The notes below the pieces were generated by a model, which saw nothing but the letters and a program-made list of their open reading frames with translations, was not told the DNA's origin and searched no databases. The translations under genes and the position numbers were made by a program. Below, piece by piece: positions 58,103-64,000 of a stretch of DNA of 64,000 nt. Source of the DNA: Polyangiaceae bacterium (GTDB lineage: Bacteria > Myxococcota_A > Polyangia > Polyangiales > Polyangiaceae); assembly GCA_044376115.1 (NCBI GenBank), contig JBILLK010000003.1, forward strand, positions 192,001 to 256,000. The letters are read 5' to 3'. How positions within the stretch are numbered: position 1 is the first letter of the stretch; each line of letters begins with the position of its first letter.

Positions 58103-58982
58103 AGCCGAGCCTTGCGAAAAGGCGCTTCACCTCTTCATCACGCAGGAACGCCGGCAGACTTGCGATCATGATGGCCGAGAAGATCGGGATCACCATGGTG
58201 ATGTCGATGCTCAAGTGGAACACGAAGCCCCAGGCCAGCATCCACGGCCTGGCCTTTCGCCACCACACAGCGAACGGGAACAGGAACTCGTAGACCAGCG
58301 CTGAGTAGGTGAGAAACATCACCAGCTGCCGGGAATCCAAGTAGGTCGGCCATTCGGCGAAGACGGGCGAGGAGAGTACGTCGCGCATCGCCATCCCGTT
58401 TTGCCAACGCGCGTTGGTGATCTTGGCCATCGCTGAGTTGAGATAGACGTAGGCGATCTGCAGGCCTATCAGGCGTTGTCCCCAAACCGTCGCCGAAGGC
58501 AGCGAAACGCCCTTCCGCTCTGCGAGCCATGCATCGACGCTGAAGCGCAGTGAAAGCGGTGCGAAGGCCGAGAGCACCAGTTGGATCATGAACAGCCGGT
58601 CGCCGCTGTTCAGAATGAAGGGGTTGCGGAACTGGAAGGAGCAGTGAAGAAACGCCAGCAGCAGGCCAAAAAAGCGCGCGCGAAAGCCGAGGAAAAACGC
58701 GACGGCGCTGACCGTGAACAGGGTGGCAACGAACTCGAGCCACAATTGGCTCTCGGGTGCCCACGAGAGCGCTGTCAGCCAGAAGAATCGATCATTCGCC
58801 ACGAGCGCGTAGGGCACCATGCCGTGGGGCCCCCAAAACCGCTCGAGGTTGAGCCAAACTCCGATGGCCTCCCAGATCGCCAGCGCCCCCAGCGAGCCGC
58901 GTAAGAACGCTGCGGCTGTACCATCCACCGGTTCGGCGAAGAACCGCAGCAAGGCTGCGCGGACCCAGCGGAGCTGCTTCAT
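58059..58982 (-). CDS. HTTM domain membrane protein
   Basis: RNPFILNSGDRL, FSVD, QIAYVYLNSAMAK...WQNG, FHLSI. Confidence 0.85.
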   Translation of the reverse strand: MKQLRWVRAALLRFFAEPVDGTAAAFLRGSLGALAIWEAIGVWLNLERFWGPHGMVPYALVANDRFFWLTALSWAPESQLWLEFVATLFTVSAVAFFLGFRARFFGLLLAFLHCSFQFRNPFILNSGDRLFMIQLVLSAFAPLSLRFSVDAWLAERKGVSLPSATVWGQRLIGLQIAYVYLNSAMAKITNARWQNGMAMRDVLSSPVFAEWPTYLDSRQLVMFLTYSALVYEFLFPFAVWWRKARPWMLAWGFVFHLSIDITMVIPIFSAIMIASLPAFLRDEEVKRLFARLGFKARSARPDLRRDS

Positions 58983-59617
58983 AGGTCGTTGCGTCCGGCT
59001 GGGACGAATCGCGGTAGGTCCGAGATCACACGCTCTTTGGGGCCAACGCAGGAACGGCGCAGGACCACCGACGAACTCGCGGCCTTGGTCTCTTTGCCGT
59101 CGTCGCCCAGCTCCTGGTGCTGTTGATGCACCACGCGAACAGACTGGAGCTTGAGGTTGCGCTGTTCGCCGAGCGCGCAAAAGTACGCAAGCATCGGCTG
59201 GCCGAGCCGGTTGCGATCAGCCTTCTCCGCCAGTTTGCCCTGCAGCTTGCGCATGCGCACGTCGCGCACACGCTCGAAGAAAGAGCGGTCTTGGGCGCGT
59301 GTGGTGGAGAGCACGACCCACTTTCGTTCCGCGGTCTCGCCCTCGATTACGACGTGCGTGGCGGTGGGCGGCTTGCCGAACATCCCCCATGAGTTGGTCA
59401 TGCGAAAGGCCTCTTCGTACGCACCGAAGAGATAGACGAAGTGGTCCTTGAACTCCTTGACCGCTCCACCGACCAAGACGGCGCTCAGGTGGAATAGGGT
59501 GAAGGCGGTCATGGCGGCGCGCTTCCGGCGCTCCCACTTCGGCAGTTTGGAGAAGGGCAGGGCCTCGGAATTGGGCCTGGAGGCCGCTGGTTCCGACCGA
59601 GTTTCCTGCTCCGGCAT
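58979..59617 (-). CDS. HTTM partner protein (SdpA/DUF5819-like)
   Basis: One N-terminal TM segment, SWGMFGKPP motif; ATGA overlap with the HTTM gene. Confidence 0.6.
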   Translation of the reverse strand: MPEQETRSEPAASRPNSEALPFSKLPKWERRKRAAMTAFTLFHLSAVLVGGAVKEFKDHFVYLFGAYEEAFRMTNSWGMFGKPPTATHVVIEGETAERKWVVLSTTRAQDRSFFERVRDVRMRKLQGKLAEKADRNRLGQPMLAYFCALGEQRNLKLQSVRVVHQQHQELGDDGKETKAASSSVVLRRSCVGPKERVISDLPRFVPAGRNDL

Positions 59618-59721
59618 TTTGCACGACTATCACGAGCCCGCCTGCGTTAAAAAGGTCCCGCAGCTCGGGGCTGTCCTTGCGGTCGCTTTCGCCGCGAGGG
59701 AATGGGAACTGAACGTCACTC

Positions 59722-60627
59722 ATGACTGCCGTGCTTTATTCTGGCGACGTCATCGCGGGGAGGTATCTCCTCCAAAGCGAGATTGGGAGGGGCGGCCATG
59801 GCGTGGTGTTTCGCGCTGAAGACACCGAGCTCCGGGTTCCGGTCGCCGTCAAGGTGCTCAACCGCGACATCGCCGAGCAAGACCAATACGTATTGCGGCT
59901 TTGGCGCGAGGCGCAGTCGCTAGCGGCGCTGTGGGGGACCAGCGTCGTCCAGGTGCATGAGTTCGACACCGACGAACGCGGCTTCGTCTACATGGTCATG
60001 GAGCTGCTCGAGGGGGAGCCGCTCGATACGCACCTGTTCGAGCTAGAGAGCTTCGGCGACAAAATGAACGCCGTGCGCGTCCTCTCGATCCTCGAGCCGG
60101 TGGCCCATGCGCTGGGCGTCGCGCATCAGAAGGGCATCATCCACCGCGACATCAAGCCGCCGAACATCTTCCTCGTGGATCCGGCCTTTGGTGGCGGCAC
60201 TCGCTTGATGGACTTCGGTCTCGCCAAGACGCAAGACTTCGAGGAGATCACCGACGCCGGGATGATCGCCGGCTCACCGAGCTACATCTCCCCTGAGATT
60301 TGGAAGAGCGCGCCCTTCGACCATCGCGCGGATCTGTACTCGTTTGGCGCCGTCGTCTTCCGCATGCTCGCGGGTCAGCCGCCGTTCGTGGCGCAGACCA
60401 CCTTGCAGCTGTATGAAACAGCCACCACCGCGCCGCGACCGCGGATTACAACGTTTCGACCGGAGCTCGCGCGCTCCCTCGATGAGTGGTTTGCCTATGC
60501 GCTCGCGATCGAAGCACGTCACCGTTTCTCGGACATGAATCAGATGTGGGCCGGCTTCTCAGAAGCCATGATGCAGAGTGACACACCCAGCTTGCGTGCT
60601 TATCGCAACGGCACGTTCCGCGGGTGA
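59722..60627 (+). CDS. Stand-alone Ser/Thr protein kinase
   Basis: IGRGGHG, VAVK, HRDIKPPN, DFG, GSPSYISPE. Confidence 0.92.
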   Translation: MTAVLYSGDVIAGRYLLQSEIGRGGHGVVFRAEDTELRVPVAVKVLNRDIAEQDQYVLRLWREAQSLAALWGTSVVQVHEFDTDERGFVYMVMELLEGEPLDTHLFELESFGDKMNAVRVLSILEPVAHALGVAHQKGIIHRDIKPPNIFLVDPAFGGGTRLMDFGLAKTQDFEEITDAGMIAGSPSYISPEIWKSAPFDHRADLYSFGAVVFRMLAGQPPFVAQTTLQLYETATTAPRPRITTFRPELARSLDEWFAYALAIEARHRFSDMNQMWAGFSEAMMQSDTPSLRAYRNGTFRG

Positions 60628-60645
60628 GTCTGTAACGGAGGGGCT

Positions 60646-60975
60646 ATGTACATCGTTCGTTGGGAGTTTCAGATTCGGTTTGGTCACCAAAAGGAAGTCA
60701 TCCAGCTCCTGCGTCAGTGGGAGTTTGATGTTGGGCAGCGCGTGGGCTTCCGAGCCTCTTCGCTGCGTTTGTTGCAAGGGGCGGTCGGTGCAAGTCGCTC
60801 CTCGTTCGAGCTCGAGACCCATGTCGACAGCCTCGGGGACCTCGAGTCCGCGTGGGAAGACATGGCGAAGAACCCGGCGCACGCCGACACCATGAAGTCG
60901 CTCGAGCGGTTCGTGGTCGGTGGCACCGATACGTGGACGGTTCGTACCGTGCTGCCTCTGTTCGAAGGGGACTGA
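60646..60975 (+). CDS. Small dimeric alpha/beta barrel (NIPSNAP-like) protein
   Basis: GGAGG RBS; ferredoxin-like beta-alpha pattern, FELETHVDSLGDLESAW. Confidence 0.65.
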   Translation: MYIVRWEFQIRFGHQKEVIQLLRQWEFDVGQRVGFRASSLRLLQGAVGASRSSFELETHVDSLGDLESAWEDMAKNPAHADTMKSLERFVVGGTDTWTVRTVLPLFEGD

Positions 60976-61042
60976 GCTTGCTCAGCGGGCCAACTGGCCC
61001 TACGACGCGCGTCGACCGCAGTTCGAGTAAGGGGGGCGCGCA

Positions 61043-62863
61043 ATGAGAGACACACAGGTGAAAGACCTGGATTCGGCGGGAACGAAGCCCACGTGGGCTT
61101 TACGTTTCCGCCGTTTGCTTTTGCATCGTCGAGCAACGTTGGTGGTGGCGCTGATCGGCTTCTTGTTGGTGTTACCGACGTTGAGCTACGGCTACTTCCT
61201 CGACGACAACTTCCACATCTATGTACTGCGTGGCGGCGAGATGCCCGGTGGTCCACAAGGCGTGTGGGATCTGTATCGGTTTTCCTCGGGTACGGCAGAG
61301 GGCGTGGCGGCCAAGGCTTCGGGGGTCTTTCCGTGGTGGACGTCTGAGGGTCTGCGGCTCGGCTTCATGCGTCCCATCCCGTCCCTTTGGCGAGCGCTCG
61401 ACCACCGGCTTTTTGGTGAGTCCGCCGTCATCCCGCACCTGCAAGTGTGCATCGTGTTCGCAGGTTTGGTGGCCGCTGTTGCGCGCATGTTACGGAGCTT
61501 CTTCGGGGACGGTGAGGCTGGGCGCGCAGCCGCGGTGCTGGGCGCGTTGGCCTTCGCGGTGGATGACGCTCACGCGCTCAACGTGGCTTGGATCGCTAAT
61601 CGCTATTCGCTGATCTCTGCGCTGTTCGGCGCGCTTTCGCTGGTCGCTTTTGCGTCTTCGCGCAGAGCCGCTCAGCTCAGTTCACCGCTGCTCTTTCTCG
61701 TGGCGATGTTGTGCGGTGAGACGTCGCTCAGCTTCGTGGGGTTCTACCTCGCGCTGGTTTGGCTGCGTGGGCGCGAGCAGTGGAAGCCGCTCGCTGTGCG
61801 TCTCCTGCCGCACGCTTTCGTGCTCACGGGATGGGCGGTGCTCTACAAACTTGGCGGCTACGGGGCGAGAGGGAGCGGCTTCTATGTGGACCCGCTGCAC
61901 GATCCGCTGCTTTTCGCCGGGCGTTCGCTCTTGCGCTTGCCGGTGCTGCTCAACTCCCAGCTGACCTTTGCGCCGGCCGAAATCACAGGCGGTCTACCGC
62001 TGGCCGGTCAAGTCATTGCAGCGATCGTCGCTGCGGTGCTGGCGCTGTTGGTGCTGCGTTGGATCGATCGGACCTGCAATGGAGAACGCTCGGTACGCGC
62101 GTTGGTGGCCGGTTCGCTGCTTTCGCTGGTGCCGGTGACGGCGACCGCTGCCGATGACCGGCTGCTTTTGATCCCAGGCATCGGGCTCTTGGGTGCGCTG
62201 GGAATGGCGCTCACCCGGCGCTGGTCTGCGCCCATTTCTTCTCCCATTGAAGCGGGCCAAGCCGTGCAACGTCGGAGCTTTACTGCGGGTGCGTTGGTCT
62301 TCATCCACCTCATCCTGGCGCCGCTTTTGTTCGTGCCGCGCCAATCCTTTTTCAAAAACCTGTTGCAGGGCTATGTCGATCGACACGCGGTGCAACTGCC
62401 GCATGACGCGGCGGTGGCGGAGCAGCACCTCATCATCTTGGCGACGCCGGATCCGCTGCTGAGCAACTACATGCTGCTTTCGCAACTGATGGTCGATCAA
62501 CCGCATCCGCTCTCGGCCATGCTGCTAACCGTCGGCTGCCCCGGACCGCTGAAGGTCGAGCGGGTGGGCGAGCGTGAGCTCTTGCTCTCGGCGGACAACC
62601 TCCTGAGCGGCCCTTTCGCTCGGCTCTATCGCGCCACGCCGCTACAAGAAGGTGCCGAGATTGAGGCCGGCGTGCTCTCCGCACGGGTCATGCGTGTGGA
62701 GGGCGACCAGGTGAAGCAAGTGCGCTTCCGCTTCGACGCGCCTTTCACTTCGCTGCGTTGGTTGGTCTTCGGCGAAGGTGGCTACCGTGAAGTAGCGCCG
62801 CCCGCGTTGGGCGAGAGCGTCGAGTACGAGGGTTGGGACTTCGCTCGAGCGTTAGCGCAGTAG
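61043..62863 (+). CDS. Multi-pass membrane protein, GT-C glycosyltransferase-like
   Basis: GYFLDD in the first loop, FMRP, VAWIANR, GE, DRLL; about 11-12 TM segments plus a soluble C-domain. Confidence 0.65.
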   Translation: MRDTQVKDLDSAGTKPTWALRFRRLLLHRRATLVVALIGFLLVLPTLSYGYFLDDNFHIYVLRGGEMPGGPQGVWDLYRFSSGTAEGVAAKASGVFPWWTSEGLRLGFMRPIPSLWRALDHRLFGESAVIPHLQVCIVFAGLVAAVARMLRSFFGDGEAGRAAAVLGALAFAVDDAHALNVAWIANRYSLISALFGALSLVAFASSRRAAQLSSPLLFLVAMLCGETSLSFVGFYLALVWLRGREQWKPLAVRLLPHAFVLTGWAVLYKLGGYGARGSGFYVDPLHDPLLFAGRSLLRLPVLLNSQLTFAPAEITGGLPLAGQVIAAIVAAVLALLVLRWIDRTCNGERSVRALVAGSLLSLVPVTATAADDRLLLIPGIGLLGALGMALTRRWSAPISSPIEAGQAVQRRSFTAGALVFIHLILAPLLFVPRQSFFKNLLQGYVDRHAVQLPHDAAVAEQHLIILATPDPLLSNYMLLSQLMVDQPHPLSAMLLTVGCPGPLKVERVGERELLLSADNLLSGPFARLYRATPLQEGAEIEAGVLSARVMRVEGDQVKQVRFRFDAPFTSLRWLVFGEGGYREVAPPALGESVEYEGWDFARALAQ

Positions 62864-62868
62864 AGCCG

Positions 62869-64000
62869 CTACGGCGCCGCGCTACCGATGTCTTTGCAGC
62901 AGCGAAAGGAGAGATGGTAGTTGGCGTGGTTGAGGCCCTCTTCGTCGTGCCAGGAGGGGGCACGCCAACGGCAGTCGTCTTTGTGGGCTTCATGCTTCTG
63001 AAAGATGAACCAACTGCCCTTCATCTCAGCGACGCCTTGACCACCCTTGGCGCCGAGGTCCCCAGGCTTGAGCGGCAATAACATGTGCTCCGCGGCGTTG
63101 CCGTGTTGGTCGTAGACGCCGAAGCTGCTCTTGCACTCGGGGAAGGAGCCGGCGGGGTAGGTGTTGGAACCGCACTTCCAACCGCTCGCGCTGCATTCTT
63201 TGGACTTGGTGCTGTCGGTGCCACATTTCTTGTGGTCCTTCTTTGCACCGTAGGCCCAGACGATCTTGCGTTTGCTGTTGTGCACGCCGCTCATCGACTC
63301 GCGCGGCAGCTTGAAGTCGTACTCCTCCTCGACTGGCCTCAGGCTTCCCGCGCAAGCGCCCTCCCACTCGTGGGTATCGCAAAGGCGTTTGCCCAAGCTC
63401 TTGCACAGGGCCGAGGCGTTGGCCGCGGTGATCCACGTGGCGGGGTATTCACACGGAAGGCCGGGGAACTCGTAGCGGTCGATGCAGACCTTGGCCTGAT
63501 CTTTTCGCTCGGTCGCCGGATCGTAGATCGGCACCATGAAGGCCGCTCCGCACACGCGCTCGCGTTCATCGGGCAGGTTGCGACGCTTCTCGACGCACTC
63601 GGCTCGCGAGATCGGGTGGGTGGTGGTCTCGGGGTTGCCTTGGCCTGACATCTTTGAGCTGGAGAGCAGCTCGAGGATGCGCGCGGCTGTCTTGGGATCG
63701 AGGCCGAGCATGATGCGCATGCGGCCGACCATCGCTTCGCGCTGCTCTTGCAGCGTCGTCTCCTTGGCGTTGAGGTCGGGCAAGACCTGCGGGTCGTATT
63801 CGACCTCGCAGCTGGCCCGGCCTCCGGGGCCGAGCGGGAGGGCCTCTGCGCTGGCGCTGGCCGCCGCTGAAGCGGACGACTTGGAAGAGGGCAACGCGGC
63901 TGCGCTGGGGGCAGCGGCTTGGGCGCTCGAGGACGCAGCTGAAGCGGCCTGCTCCGCCGCCTTTTCGCCGCAGCCAAGCGCCAAGGCGCAACTCAGCGCC
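62869..64000 (-). CDS. FGE-sulfatase (SUMF1)-domain lipoprotein; start probably beyond the window edge
   Basis: ALGC lipobox; CIDRYEFP, GKRLC...EWEGAC, GVYDQHGNAAE, FRCC. Confidence 0.82.
   Translation of the reverse strand, partial: ALSCALALGCGEKAAEQAASAASSSAQAAAPSAAALPSSKSSASAAASASAEALPLGPGGRASCEVEYDPQVLPDLNAKETTLQEQREAMVGRMRIMLGLDPKTAARILELLSSSKMSGQGNPETTTHPISRAECVEKRRNLPDERERVCGAAFMVPIYDPATERKDQAKVCIDRYEFPGLPCEYPATWITAANASALCKSLGKRLCDTHEWEGACAGSLRPVEEEYDFKLPRESMSGVHNSKRKIVWAYGAKKDHKKCGTDSTKSKECSASGWKCGSNTYPAGSFPECKSSFGVYDQHGNAAEHMLLPLKPGDLGAKGGQGVAEMKGSWFIFQKHEAHKDDCRWRAPSWHDEEGLNHANYHLSFRCCKDIGSAAP

Overview
GC-rich bacterial chromosomal segment with about 50 densely packed CDS. The gene content points to Myxococcota, probably Polyangiaceae/Sorangium-like: four Hanks-type Ser/Thr kinases, a kinase-AAA-TPR-GAF-sigma54 fusion, a bacNOP-like bactofilin triplet, an ElbD-like megaenzyme and many Gly-linker lipoproteins. 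I saw no rRNA, tRNA, CRISPR array, transposase or prophage gene. Highlights: (1) a TIGR04190-like B12/radical SAM gene missing from the ORF track because it runs off the left edge; (2) an MbnH/MauG-like di-heme lipoprotein coupled to a partner that is not MbnP; (3) a sigma54 module with a visible -24/-12 promoter in front of Ig-like and Kazal lipoproteins; (4) an uncharacterised two-gene operon of CxxCH lipoproteins; (5) a CYP51-ferredoxin fusion; (6) duplicated PQQ-type dehydrogenase lipoproteins flanking a TIGR02996-like gene and a tandem GILT/DsbA-like gene; (7) an ElbD-like ether-lipid enzyme with an extra C-terminal SCP2-like domain, followed by an SDR. Housekeeping genes include pyrE, panE, thiO, ffh, hslR and cystathionine beta-synthase. 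All family calls come from motif recognition by eye; no database search was run.
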